A DNA stretch of 64,000 bases from Dehalococcoidia bacterium (GTDB lineage Bacteria; Chloroflexota; Dehalococcoidia; Bin125): NCBI GenBank assembly GCA_963555985.3, contig OY820591.1, forward strand, positions 1,632,001 to 1,696,000. The letters are read 5' to 3'. Every line of letters starts with the position of its first letter. The first letter of the stretch is position 1. The notes below the pieces were generated by a model, which was given only the letters and a program-made list of their open reading frames with translations, was not told the origin of the DNA and made no database searches. Shown here piece after piece: positions 1-9,475 of this stretch. The translations under genes were made by a program, and so were the position numbers.

Positions 1-415
1 CGGCGCAGTAACGATGACGCTCGTGCCAGTCGAGGAAAGCTCGCGCTTGGGCGGCGATGCCGGCGTCGTCGGCGTCCATCACGGCGGCGGCGGCGCGGAG
101 GTCTTGGAAGGACACATCCGCCGGCAACTCCCAGGTTTGAGGGGCGGCGTCGGCGTTGATGGCGAACCTCGCGCTCCCCTGGTCCGTGCCCAGAAGCAGC
201 GGTGGATGGCGTTCCGTATCGGCATTGGCGGGCAGATCGGCCCAAGCGAGCCGCAGAGCGCCGTTGACGTTCTGTACCGGGAAGAGCAGACGCTGTAACG
301 GAAGCCAGCGGGTTTGAAGATTCACGATTTGTTCTCGCACCCAGTCTTCGTCGCGCCGCTGCGCGGCGACCCGATCGAGTGGATTGCCGGAGAAGGTGTT
401 GCGATGTTCAGACAA
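1..415 (-). CDS. nudC: NAD(+) diphosphatase / NADH pyrophosphatase, N-terminal part (runs off window)
   Basis: Not in ORF track. Manual translation of the minus strand from TTG at 415 gives SEHRNTFSGNPLDR...DLRAAAAVMDADDAGIAAQARAFLDWHERHRYCA, matching the NudC N-terminus and the start of its Zn ribbon. Confidence 0.8.
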   Translation of the reverse strand, partial: MSEHRNTFSGNPLDRVAAQRRDEDWVREQIVNLQTRWLPLQRLLFPVQNVNGALRLAWADLPANADTERHPPLLLGTDQGSARFAINADAAPQTWELPADVSFQDLRAAAAVMDADDAGIAAQARAFLDWHERHRYCA

Positions 416-443
416 GGCTCTGCTCCGCGATGTTCCCGGCCCG

Positions 444-2075
444 TCAGGCGGTGTGAATCTCGGCAGTGTGATCAAAGTGGGTCGCTGCCGGCGACTTCGG
501 GAGACCGGGCATCGTCATGATCTCGCCGGAGATGATCACGACAAAGCCGGCACCGGCTGAGGGACGAACCTCACGCACGGTGAACTCGTGATCCCGAGGG
601 CGTCCGAGTCTGCCCGGATCATCGGAGAGCGAGTACTGCGTCTTGGCGATACACACCGGCCACTCGTCTTGACCGAGCCGGCGCGCTCGCCGCAAGGTCG
701 TGTTGGCACTGCGCAGATAAGTGATCGTCCCGGCGCCGTAGACGTTGCGGGCAACCGTTTCGATCTTCTCGGTGAGCGGTTGGGTCAAGTCGTAGAGCGC
801 CTGAAAATCGAGTCGCTCGCCATCCAGCGCCGCCCGCACTTCGCCTGCAAGGTCCAGACATGCTTCGCCGCCGCCGCCAAACGGATCCGCGATCGCAGCG
901 CGCACGCCTCGATTGCGGCAGTGGCTGAGCATCGCGTCGAGTTCGGCCTGCGTATCGGAAGGGAAGCGATTGACCGCCACGACCGGCGTCACACCGTGCT
1001 GGAGCACGTTGTCGATATGCGCATCGAGATTCGGCATTCCCTTGCTCAGGGCCTCTAGGTCTTCCACTTCGAGGTCGCGTGCGCGTCGTCCGCCGTGACG
1101 TTTGACCGCGCGCGCAGTAGCGACAATCACCGCCGCTTGAGGGCTGAACCCGCCGATCCGCGAGACGACGTTGAAGAATTTCTCCGCGCCAAGGTCAGAG
1201 CCAAATCCAGCCTCAGTCACAGTGATCTCGGCGCTCGACAACGCCGCCCGGGTCGCGGCAATCGAGTTGCAGCCAAGCGCGATATTGGCGAACGGGCCGC
1301 CATGCACGAACGCGGGACCGCCTTCGCCGGTCTGGACGAGATTGGGCCGAATGGCGTCTTGAAGCAGAACAGTCATCGCGCTATCCACGCCCAGATCGCG
1401 ACATCTGATCGCCTGTGGCTGCCGTTCGGGCGTGTAGCCGATGATGATGTCGCCTAGCCGCCTGTTCAGATCGTCAAGGTCGGCAGCGACAGAGAGGATC
1501 GCCATCACTTCCGAGGCGGGTGTGATGTCAAACGACTCCTCACGCGGTACCCCATCACTTGCGCCACCCATGCCGATCACCGTGCCGCGCAGGGCGCGAT
1601 CGTTCATGTCGAGGCATCGTCGCCAAGTGATCCGGCGCGGATCGAGGCCAAGTGGATTGCCGTGGAACAGGGAGTTGTCGATTGCCGCGGCGAGCAGATT
1701 GTTCGCCGCAGTGACGGCATGTAGGTCGCCCGTGAAGTGCAGGTTGATGTCGTCAGCCGGCAATACCTGCGAATGGCCGCCGCCGGTACCGCCGCCCTTG
1801 ATCCCGAAGACCGGTCCCATGGAAGGCTCACGCAGCGCGACAGCAGCGTTCGCGCCGCTTTTGCGCAGCGCCTGCGTTAGCCCGATCGCAGTGGTCGTCT
1901 TCCCCTCCCCGGCCGTGGTTGGAGTGATGCCAGTGACCAGCACAAGATCGCCCTGAGGCTGCTCGCGCAGACGCGCAAGCGCGGGTGCGCTCAGCTTTGC
2001 CTTGTTCCGTCCGTAGAACTCAAGGTCGTCGCCGCCCAGTCTGAGTTCCGCAGCTACGTCGACGATCGGCCGCAT
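444..2075 (-). CDS. fhs: Formate--tetrahydrofolate ligase
   Basis: TPTTAGEGKTT P-loop, LREPSMGPVFGIKGG, VHGGPFANIA, TEAGFGSDLGAEKF. Start moved to ATG 2075, which follows an AAGGGAG RBS. Confidence 0.96.
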   Translation of the reverse strand: MRPIVDVAAELRLGGDDLEFYGRNKAKLSAPALARLREQPQGDLVLVTGITPTTAGEGKTTTAIGLTQALRKSGANAAVALREPSMGPVFGIKGGGTGGGHSQVLPADDINLHFTGDLHAVTAANNLLAAAIDNSLFHGNPLGLDPRRITWRRCLDMNDRALRGTVIGMGGASDGVPREESFDITPASEVMAILSVAADLDDLNRRLGDIIIGYTPERQPQAIRCRDLGVDSAMTVLLQDAIRPNLVQTGEGGPAFVHGGPFANIALGCNSIAATRAALSSAEITVTEAGFGSDLGAEKFFNVVSRIGGFSPQAAVIVATARAVKRHGGRRARDLEVEDLEALSKGMPNLDAHIDNVLQHGVTPVVAVNRFPSDTQAELDAMLSHCRNRGVRAAIADPFGGGGEACLDLAGEVRAALDGERLDFQALYDLTQPLTEKIETVARNVYGAGTITYLRSANTTLRRARRLGQDEWPVCIAKTQYSLSDDPGRLGRPRDHEFTVREVRPSAGAGFVVIISGEIMTMPGLPKSPAATHFDHTAEIHTA

Positions 2076-2127
2076 GGTCTGCGCTCCCTTGTCCGCGCGC
2101 TCCGTCGGCAGGCAGGGTAGCGCAGGC

Positions 2128-2562
2128 CTAATTCTCGACCGTGACCTTGACATCGGCCACCTTGCGGGAGTTGACGATCAGGGCGATGTTGAAGTCACCG
2201 TCGTCGTTGAGCCGGAGGGGGATCGCGGCGACAATCCAGGGTGGATCGACACCCTCGTAACGATAGTCGCGGAGTTCGAAATACTCACGCGCGCCGGCGT
2301 CGTATTCGACCCGTACGAGGACATGATCGGCGTCGACGGGTTCGTTCATTTCGAGTCGCAGCCAGAAGGGTTCGTCGAGTTTGAGCGGTCGGTTGAGCGG
2401 GGTGAGGACGGCCTTGTCGTCGGCCTGTTCGTCTATGTGGAGGGCGGCCTCGGCGGCGCCGCCGACGCCGGAGAAGATGCCGCCTCGGGAGGCGTTGCAG
2501 CCCGCAGCGACGATGATCAACAAGGCAAGGACGACGATCGCGCAGAGCCACTGAACACGCAT
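2128..2562 (-). CDS. Hypothetical lipoprotein
   Basis: Signal peptide with lipobox (LLIIVAAGC) followed by a beta-rich domain. Lies directly upstream of fhs. Confidence 0.6.
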   Translation of the reverse strand: MRVQWLCAIVVLALLIIVAAGCNASRGGIFSGVGGAAEAALHIDEQADDKAVLTPLNRPLKLDEPFWLRLEMNEPVDADHVLVRVEYDAGAREYFELRDYRYEGVDPPWIVAAIPLRLNDDGDFNIALIVNSRKVADVKVTVEN

Positions 2563-2608
2563 CGATTGACAGAGTAGTCTGCATTCCAAACCCGAAGGAG
2601 GCTGCGCG

Positions 2609-3844
2609 GTGTCAGCAGACCGAGAAACAGCGCTCTCAATCCGGGGGCTGTACAAGGTGTTCGCCGACGACGATGGCGTTGGTCTGAACCTGGCGCGCCA
2701 AGGCCGGGGCAAAGACGAGATTCAGGAGGAAACCGGCGCGGTCGTCGGTTTGCGCGACGTCAACATCGAGATCGCGCGGGGCGAGCTGTTCGTGGTCATG
2801 GGGCTGTCGGGCTGCGGCAAGTCGACGCTGGTGCGCTGCATCAACCGGCTGATCGAGCCGTCGGCGGGCGAGGTGCGGCTGGACGGACGGGAGATCACGG
2901 AGATGAGCGAGGAGGAGCTGCGCGAGGTTCGGCGTCACGACATGGCGATGGTCTTCCAGCATTTCGGACTGATGCCGCATCGCAACGTGCTCGACAACGT
3001 GGCGCTGCCGCTGGAGATCGGCGGCGCAGCGAAGGCGGAACGGCGCGAGCGGGCGGCGGCGGCGCTGGAAATCGTGGGGCTGGGCGACTGGACCGGATCG
3101 ATGCCTAATCAGTTGTCGGGCGGGATGAAGCAGCGCGTCGGACTGGCGCGGGGTCTAGCGATGGAGACGCCGGTGCTGTTGATGGACGAACCGTTCTCGG
3201 CGCTGGATCCGGTGATCCGGCGCGATTTGCAGGACGAGTTGTTGGGCTTGCAGGCCTCGGTTCAGAAGACGATCGTGTTCATCACGCACGACCTGAGCGA
3301 GGCGGTGAGGGTGGGCGACCGGATCGCGATCATGCGCGATGGCGAGGTGGTGCAGGTCGGGGCACCCAACGATGTGGTGCTCAATCCGGCCGACGACTTC
3401 GTGCGCGAGTTCACCCAGGACGTGCGGCTGCACGGGATGGTGACGGCGGCGTCGATCATGGATGCGTCGTTCCGCTCGCTGAGTGGCGCTACGCCGGTCG
3501 AGGAGGCGATCAGCTTCATGCAGGACTCCGATCTGACCGGCATCTGTTGCGTCGACGATGAGCGTAAGTATCTGGGCACGGCGTACCTCTCGCGCCTCCT
3601 GCCGGCGCAACGCAGCGGCCTCAGGCGGTTGGATGAAACCGCTCTCTACATCGGCGATGCGGTTTGGGAGGAGACGGTGTTGGACGATCTGGTGCCGGCC
3701 GGTCTGCGGGCGCAGCATCCGCTGGCGGTGCTGGACAACGACGGCGTGCTGATCGGCGTGATTCCGCTCGACCGCCTGGCCCGAGCGATGGCGTCGGACG
3801 AAGCAGCGGCGGCCGTCGCGGCTGAGAGCGGAGTCGAAGCATGA
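2609..3844 (+). CDS. proV: Glycine betaine/proline ABC transporter ATP-binding protein with CBS domains
   Basis: MGLSGCGKST Walker A, LSGGMKQRVGLAR, LMDEPFSALDP, C-terminal CBS-like pair. Confidence 0.92.
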   Translation: MSADRETALSIRGLYKVFADDDGVGLNLARQGRGKDEIQEETGAVVGLRDVNIEIARGELFVVMGLSGCGKSTLVRCINRLIEPSAGEVRLDGREITEMSEEELREVRRHDMAMVFQHFGLMPHRNVLDNVALPLEIGGAAKAERRERAAAALEIVGLGDWTGSMPNQLSGGMKQRVGLARGLAMETPVLLMDEPFSALDPVIRRDLQDELLGLQASVQKTIVFITHDLSEAVRVGDRIAIMRDGEVVQVGAPNDVVLNPADDFVREFTQDVRLHGMVTAASIMDASFRSLSGATPVEEAISFMQDSDLTGICCVDDERKYLGTAYLSRLLPAQRSGLRRLDETALYIGDAVWEETVLDDLVPAGLRAQHPLAVLDNDGVLIGVIPLDRLARAMASDEAAAAVAAESGVEA

Positions 3845-4860
3845 GCGAAGCCGGTCAGCCGCCGCCCTCGTCGCCAGCGCGGACGGTCTTGCGTCTGCTC
3901 GCCTTCGGCAGCGATCGACCACTGCCGTCGAAGTGGTGGATCGCGCCGAGTGTGATCGCGGCGGTCGGTTTGCTCTTCGTGCTCGCCTACTTCCTGGTCG
4001 CCGATGAGTTTCCCTTCGACGTGGGCCGCGATGTGGGCTACCGGATCGATGTCTGGCTGGACTGGCTGAAGGACAACCTGTCGGGGCTGTTCCAAGCGAT
4101 CAAGAACGTGATTGTCTGGTTCCTGGTCTCGCTGGAAGACATGATGCTGTGGCTGACCTGGCCGGCGTTGATCGGCGGCATCGCGCTGACCTCATGGCTG
4201 CTGGTCTCGTTCCGCATGGCGCTGTTCTCGGCGGCGTCGCTGCTGCTGCTGGCGACCTTCGGGCTGTGGGAATCGACCGTCGAAACGATCGCGCTGATCG
4301 TTGTGACGGTCACCCTCTCGATTCTGATCGCAGTGCCGATGGGCGTCTGGGCGTCGCAGAGCGATCGGCTCGACGCCCTGCTGCGCCCGATTCTCGACGC
4401 GATGCAGACGATGCCCTCGTTCGTCTATCTCGTGCCGGCGATCGCGTTCTTCTCACTGGGCGACACGCCGGCGGTGCTGGCGACGCTGATCTACGCGGTG
4501 CCGCCGGCGGTGCGGTTGACCAATCTGGGCATTCGGCAGTTGCCGGCCGACACGCTGGAGGCGGCGGAGTCGTTCGGAATGACCCAGAGCCAGATGTTGA
4601 TCAAGGTCAAGGTGCCGCTGGCGATCCCGACGATTATGGCGGGGGTCAACCAGACGACGCTGATGGCGCTCTCGATGGTGGTGATCGCCTCGCTGGTCGG
4701 CGCAGGCGGTCTGGGTCTGGACGTGAACCGCGCGCTGGGGAGGATCGAGCCGGGTAACGCCTTCCTGGCGGGGCTCGGGATCGTCTTCGTGGCGATCATC
4801 ATCGACCGAATCACGCAGGCGCTGACGCGGCGTCAACAAGCGTCCCTGGGTTCGGACTGA
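3841..4860 (+). CDS. proW: Glycine betaine/proline ABC transporter permease
   Basis: RPILDAMQTMPSFVYLVP, EAAESFG (EAA loop), IMAGVNQTTLMALSMVVIASLVG. ATGA overlap with proV. Confidence 0.92.
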   Translation: MSEAGQPPPSSPARTVLRLLAFGSDRPLPSKWWIAPSVIAAVGLLFVLAYFLVADEFPFDVGRDVGYRIDVWLDWLKDNLSGLFQAIKNVIVWFLVSLEDMMLWLTWPALIGGIALTSWLLVSFRMALFSAASLLLLATFGLWESTVETIALIVVTVTLSILIAVPMGVWASQSDRLDALLRPILDAMQTMPSFVYLVPAIAFFSLGDTPAVLATLIYAVPPAVRLTNLGIRQLPADTLEAAESFGMTQSQMLIKVKVPLAIPTIMAGVNQTTLMALSMVVIASLVGAGGLGLDVNRALGRIEPGNAFLAGLGIVFVAIIIDRITQALTRRQQASLGSD

Positions 4861-4882
4861 GGCTGATTGGAGGAGGACGGCA

Positions 4883-5101
4883 ATGGCGAATCTGTTGCGG
4901 CGCATCGCAGAGGTACCGGGGCTGACGCTAGGTTGCGCAACGGTGCTCTGTTGGGTCTTGACCGCGTTCGCGTTGGCCGACCCCGATCTGTCGGAAAACG
5001 CCACACTGGGCGGGGCGAAGGCGCTGTTCGTGGTCTTCGCGGTGCTGATGACCCTGCTCACTGTGTGGAAGGCGACGGCAAGGCGACGCAGCGATGGGTA
5101 G
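4883..5101 (+). CDS. Small two-TM membrane protein inside the proVWX operon
   Basis: GGAGGAGG RBS, two hydrophobic segments, overlaps the next start codon. Confidence 0.65.
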   Translation: MANLLRRIAEVPGLTLGCATVLCWVLTAFALADPDLSENATLGGAKALFVVFAVLMTLLTVWKATARRRSDG

Positions 5102-6074
5102 CCGCTGGATTGCGGTCGTCGTCGCGGCGTTGTTGGGACTGCTGGCGCTGGCCGCATGCGGCGGGAACGGGGGTGAGCGCGAGCCGATCGTGTTCTCCGA
5201 TCTGAACTGGTCCTCAGCCGAGATTCAGAATCGGATCGCGGCCTTCATCGTCGAACACGGCTACGGCTATCCGACCGAATTGATTGCGGGCGACTCGATC
5301 TCGCTGCAACAGGGGCTGGCCAACAACGATACGGACGTGACGATGGAGGTCTGGCTGCCCAATCAGGTTGATTTGTGGCGCGAAGCGCTGGCCGAGGAGA
5401 TCGTGGTGGATGTGGGATCGTCGTTGGACGACAACTGGGAGGCGATCGTCGTTCCCCAATATGTGAAGGACGCGCATCCGGGCCTGGTCTCGGTGGCGGA
5501 CATCCCCACGTACGCGGAGCTGTTTGAGACGCCCGACTCGCGCGGACGGGCGCGGCTAGTCGGTTGTCTGGCGGGCTGGGCCTGCGAGCAGGTGATTCAC
5601 GAGAAGCTGCGCGGCTACGGAATCGCCGAGTCGGTGCACGTGGTCGATCCGGGCAGCGAGGCAGCTCTGTTCGCCGATCTGTACAGCGCCTACGAGCGGG
5701 GCGAGGCCTGGTTGGGCTACATGTGGGGGCCGACGCGCCCGACGGCAGAACTGGACCTGTATGTGTTGGAGGAGCCGCCGTTCAGCGAGGAGTGCTGGGA
5801 GGCGGACAAGGACTGCGCCTGGCCGATCACGAATGTGCGGATTTACGTCCACCACACGCTGATCGAGCGTGCGCCCGAGGTGATTGCGTTCCTGGGCGAG
5901 TGGTCGTTCCCGGCGGCGTTCCAGGTCGCGGCGGAGAAGTGGATGCTGGCCAACAACGAGACGCCGGACGGTGCGGCGATCTGGTATCTGCAAACGCAAC
6001 GCGAGCAATGGGCGTCGTTCGTGCCGCCCGATGTGGCGGAGAAGATCGATGAAGCGTTGGAGGCGTTAGGCTGA
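5094..6074 (+). CDS. proX: Betaine-type ABC substrate-binding lipoprotein (copy 1)
   Basis: Lipobox LAAC, IVFSDLNWSS, HGYGYPT, GWAC, YMWGPT (OpuAC/ProX type). Confidence 0.88.
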   Translation: MGSRWIAVVVAALLGLLALAACGGNGGEREPIVFSDLNWSSAEIQNRIAAFIVEHGYGYPTELIAGDSISLQQGLANNDTDVTMEVWLPNQVDLWREALAEEIVVDVGSSLDDNWEAIVVPQYVKDAHPGLVSVADIPTYAELFETPDSRGRARLVGCLAGWACEQVIHEKLRGYGIAESVHVVDPGSEAALFADLYSAYERGEAWLGYMWGPTRPTAELDLYVLEEPPFSEECWEADKDCAWPITNVRIYVHHTLIERAPEVIAFLGEWSFPAAFQVAAEKWMLANNETPDGAAIWYLQTQREQWASFVPPDVAEKIDEALEALG

Positions 6075-6137
6075 GGGCAGCGCGGCTGAGCGGCTCGCCT
6101 AGAGTCGTTCGAGAGCGGGCCGTGAGGGGCGTACGTT

Positions 6138-7262
6138 ATGTCACGATTGACCTCAATACTGAGGATCATCGCCATCCCGGCGTTGATCGTCGCAGCGATT
6201 ACAGCGGCAGCATGCTCATCGGACGACGAGCAAGGTCAGCAGGCGCAGTCCGCGGCGGCGCAGGCAGAAGAGCAACAGCAGGCCGTCCAACCGGCTGCCC
6301 AGCAGCAGGCGGCTCAGGCCGAACAAACTCAACAGGCCGAGCAGGCCCAACCCGCCGACGACGGCGACAAGACCACCATCGTCTTCTCCGACCTCAACTG
6401 GACCTCCTCCGAGATTCAGGTGCGGGTCGCCGCTTACATCGTGGAACATGGTTACGGCTATCCGACCGACCTGATCGCCGGCGACACCACAAACCTGTTC
6501 CAGGGGCTGATCAATGGCGACACACAGGTGACGATGGAGATTTGGCCAGCGCAGCAGCCCTGGATCGACGAGCTCGACGATCCCAGCGTGATCGAGATCC
6601 TGGGCGACTCGCTCGACGAGAACTGGGAAGGCTGGGTCATCCCCCAGTACCTGAAGGACGCCAATCCCGGGCTCGTTTCAGTCTCCGATATCCCCGACTA
6701 CATGGACCTCTTCGTGACCGCCGACTCGCGCGGCAAGGCGCGCTTCGTCGACTGCGTGCCCGGCTGGGCCTGTGAGCAGGTCAACGGCAACAAGGTCGTC
6801 GCCTACGGCCTCGAGGACGTGCTCGAGCTGGTCAAGCCCGGCTCCGGCGCGGCGCTGTTCGAGGACCTGGAATCGACCTACAACCGCGGCGAGCCCTGGA
6901 TCGGCTACATGTGGGGCCCGACCAAGCCGACCGCCACGCTCGACCTCTACCGCCTGGAGGAGCCGGAGTGGACCGAGGAATGCTGGAACGGCGATCAGGG
7001 CTGCGCCTACCCCGCCTCCGAGGTGCGCATCGCGGTCTACCACACGCTGCTCGACGACGCGCCCGACGTGGTCGAGTTCCTGCGCGCCTGGGATTTCGCC
7101 GCTGAAGTCCAAATCCAGTCGGAAATCTGGATGTCGGACAATAATGCCTCGCCCGACGAAGCGGCGATCTGGTACCTGAGGACCTATCCCGAGGTCTGGT
7201 CGGCTTACGTGCCGGACGACGTGGCCGAGGCGGTGCAGGAAGCGCTGGCCGAGGAGAGCTAG
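6138..7262 (+). CDS. proX: Betaine-type ABC substrate-binding lipoprotein (copy 2, Q/A-rich linker)
   Basis: Paralogue of copy 1 (IVFSDLNWTS, HGYGYPT, GWAC, YMWGPT) with a Gln/Ala-rich N-terminal linker. Confidence 0.88.
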   Translation: MSRLTSILRIIAIPALIVAAITAAACSSDDEQGQQAQSAAAQAEEQQQAVQPAAQQQAAQAEQTQQAEQAQPADDGDKTTIVFSDLNWTSSEIQVRVAAYIVEHGYGYPTDLIAGDTTNLFQGLINGDTQVTMEIWPAQQPWIDELDDPSVIEILGDSLDENWEGWVIPQYLKDANPGLVSVSDIPDYMDLFVTADSRGKARFVDCVPGWACEQVNGNKVVAYGLEDVLELVKPGSGAALFEDLESTYNRGEPWIGYMWGPTKPTATLDLYRLEEPEWTEECWNGDQGCAYPASEVRIAVYHTLLDDAPDVVEFLRAWDFAAEVQIQSEIWMSDNNASPDEAAIWYLRTYPEVWSAYVPDDVAEAVQEALAEES

Positions 7263-7269
7263 AAGAGCG

Positions 7270-7491
7270 CTAACGGGCGCGTCCCCACAAGAACCAGTAG
7301 CCGGCAGCGGTCGAGAGCAGTCCGACCGCTGCCAAGGGCGGCCACCAGGGGCGCAGTTCGGCGAACAACGGCGGATGCACCAGCACCGCTGCGCTGACTG
7401 CGAGCGCAGCCAACAATCCGCTCAAGGCCAGCAGCCCAACTGCCCGCAATCGCCAAGACAACCAGCGCTCGCGCCAGGTCAGATCAGACAT
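7270..7491 (-). CDS. Small hypothetical membrane protein
   Basis: MSDLTWRERW... two hydrophobic segments; fills the gap between proX2 and smpB. Confidence 0.5.
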   Translation of the reverse strand: MSDLTWRERWLSWRLRAVGLLALSGLLAALAVSAAVLVHPPLFAELRPWWPPLAAVGLLSTAAGYWFLWGRAR

Positions 7492-7533
7492 GCAGACCAT
7501 GCTATTCCTGTCCCCGCAGCCTAAGCTCGGCAC

Positions 7534-8046
7534 ATGGCGAAGAAATCGAAGTCTCGCAAACAAGGCGCTCGGAACAACGGGGCGCAGCCGAACGATCGCG
7601 TCGTCGCGCGTAACCGCCGTGCCGGATTCCAATACGAGATCCTGCGGCGCTACGAAGCCGGCATTGAGCTGACCGGCAGCGAGATCAAATCGATCCGCGA
7701 AGGACGGGTCAGCATCGCCGAGGCCTATTGCCGCCCGCGCGAACGCGAGCTCTGGTTGGTCGGTGCGCACATCGCCCGCTACGAGCCGTCCGGACAGACC
7801 AACCACGAACCTACCCGCGACCGCCGCCTACTACTCCATCGCCGCGAGCTCGCCCAACTCGAAGAAGCCTTCGCCCAACGCGGACTCACCCTCGTTCCGA
7901 TCCGCCTCTATCTGACTCGCGGCCTAGCCAAGCTCGAGATTGGTGTCGGCCGCGGGCGCCGCGTCCACGAAAAGCGCCAACGCATGGCGGAACGCGACGC
8001 CCAGCGTCAGATCGCACGCGCAGTCGGCCGAACCAGCGGCCGCTAG
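7534..8046 (+). CDS. smpB: SsrA-binding protein
   Basis: ARNRRA...YEAGIELTGSEIKSIR, NHEPTRDRRLLLHRRE, LTLVP. Adjacent to tmRNA. Confidence 0.97.
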   Translation: MAKKSKSRKQGARNNGAQPNDRVVARNRRAGFQYEILRRYEAGIELTGSEIKSIREGRVSIAEAYCRPRERELWLVGAHIARYEPSGQTNHEPTRDRRLLLHRRELAQLEEAFAQRGLTLVPIRLYLTRGLAKLEIGVGRGRRVHEKRQRMAERDAQRQIARAVGRTSGR

Positions 8047-8181
8047 CAGACCGCCTCGATTCATCCGCCACCGAACCTGGACTGTACGGCGAGTATCAGA
8101 TCTCGTCGCTCGGCCGCGCCCCTTTTCTGTCGCGCCCGGCTACCATTGACCTCACGCCGAGACGGACTCGGTGCAACCGAT

Positions 8182-8539
8182 GGGGACGAAAGGGTTCGAC
8201 AGCGGCTGACTGATCGGAGCTGCGCGCCGAGGAGCCGCACCTCGTAAATCCGCGGCGACCTTCCTTTACCCGGCGAAACCAAGGAACTCGCCCTCGCCGC
8301 CTAACCGCGGCGACGCCGAACCCGAGCTGCCGCCGAGCCGGCTGGGTCCCGGCGCCGACTAGCACGGCTGCCTGCGATGGACGGTCAGGACCATTGCGGA
8401 AAGACCAACTGACTCACCTGAAGGTAACGGTAGGCCGACGCGCCGGCCTTCGGGGACAGACCAAGCGACGGCTACGCGCGTAGACGCGACGAGGAGCGGT
8501 CGTCTGGACGGGGAGTTCGATTCTCCCCCGTCTCCACCA
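8182..8539 (+). ncRNA. ssrA: tmRNA; tag peptide (A)GETKELALAA* at 8272-8304
   Basis: 5' GGGGACGAAAGGGTTCGAC and 3' GTTCGATT...CGTCTCCACCA with G3-U acceptor pair. Tag frame ends ALAA-TAA and has UA five nt before the resume codon. Follows smpB. Confidence 0.96.
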
Positions 8540-8743
8540 TCTCCCCCGCCGACGTACCCGGTGCCTGCCCGCTCCCAGCGACACAGCCTCGCGCGGCTGT
8601 GTTGATGAGCCGACCGACTCTAACGACAACTACGACACAGTTTGTGATATGACACAGGTGCCGTTCTCCAAGCATATGCTGACGCAATCTAGGCTAGATA
8701 CGCCGGGTTATGAGTAGCATTATGAGGTTGCGGAGGCGTCGAA

Positions 8744-9139
8744 ATGGAGTCTCTCGGAGCGAGGATTCGGCGTTTGCGTGCGGACCAAGGGCTCTCTCTG
8801 AGCGAGTTGGCCCGGCTCTCGAACGTGTCCAAAGGATATCTGTCGCAAGTCGAACGTTCGCCCCAGGCGCGACCGTCGGCCGCCACGCTTTTCGCCGTCG
8901 CACGTGTGCTCAGTGTCTCTGTTGCGGATCTGTTTGAGGGGACAGACAGTGATGAGAGTGCGGATACGGGCGCGGAACTGCCGCCGGGCCTGGCTGAATT
9001 CGCAGAAGAAGCAGGATTACCGCCGGCGGATTTGGAGATGCTGTCTCACATTCACTATCGCGGAATGGTACCGCGAAACAAAGAAGACTGGCGCTTCATC
9101 TACGAATCGATCCGCCGCAGCGTGAGAGTCGACCGCTAA
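8744..9139 (+). CDS. XRE-family HTH transcriptional regulator with C-terminal helical domain
   Basis: LGARIRRLRADQGLSLSELARLSNVSKGYLSQVER HTH; GGAGG RBS. Confidence 0.85.
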   Translation: MESLGARIRRLRADQGLSLSELARLSNVSKGYLSQVERSPQARPSAATLFAVARVLSVSVADLFEGTDSDESADTGAELPPGLAEFAEEAGLPPADLEMLSHIHYRGMVPRNKEDWRFIYESIRRSVRVDR

Positions 9140-9202
9140 GAAACTTCCCGCAGATTTGTCCCCTTTCCCGTGTTCCGAGAGAAGAACTCGTACAGCGCAA
9201 AT

Positions 9203-9247
9203 CCTCTCTCCCGCATCGGAGAGAGGTCGCGAAGTGACAGAGGCGTC
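9203..9247. repeat. REP-like palindromic element
   Basis: CCTCTCTCC-cgcatc-GGAGAGAGG hairpin followed by GTGACAGAGG. Its reverse complement resembles the CCTCTG(T/C)C...TCTCCC...GGGGAGA elements at 56410-56572. Confidence 0.5.
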
Positions 9248-9475
9248 CGGCCACCCCCCTCCGCAACTCCCCGTCGCTCTAATCGCCGAGCCGCAATTCG
9301 ACGAAGCCCTTGAGTGCGCACATCGACGGATGCGCAGACAATTCGTGTCGCTGAACTAAGTTTCAGAAACCGCCACCCTGTGATGTACGCTGCGTTACAC
9401 CACGTGAATGGACTGATCGTGAACCAGTTCCGTTCAGCACGAAGGCGGGGACGGTCCCCGTCGCAGGAGGAAGAC

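Noticed and set aside
2076-2127. THF riboswitch upstream of fhs
   Set aside because: The intergenic gap is too short and has no recognisable aptamer.
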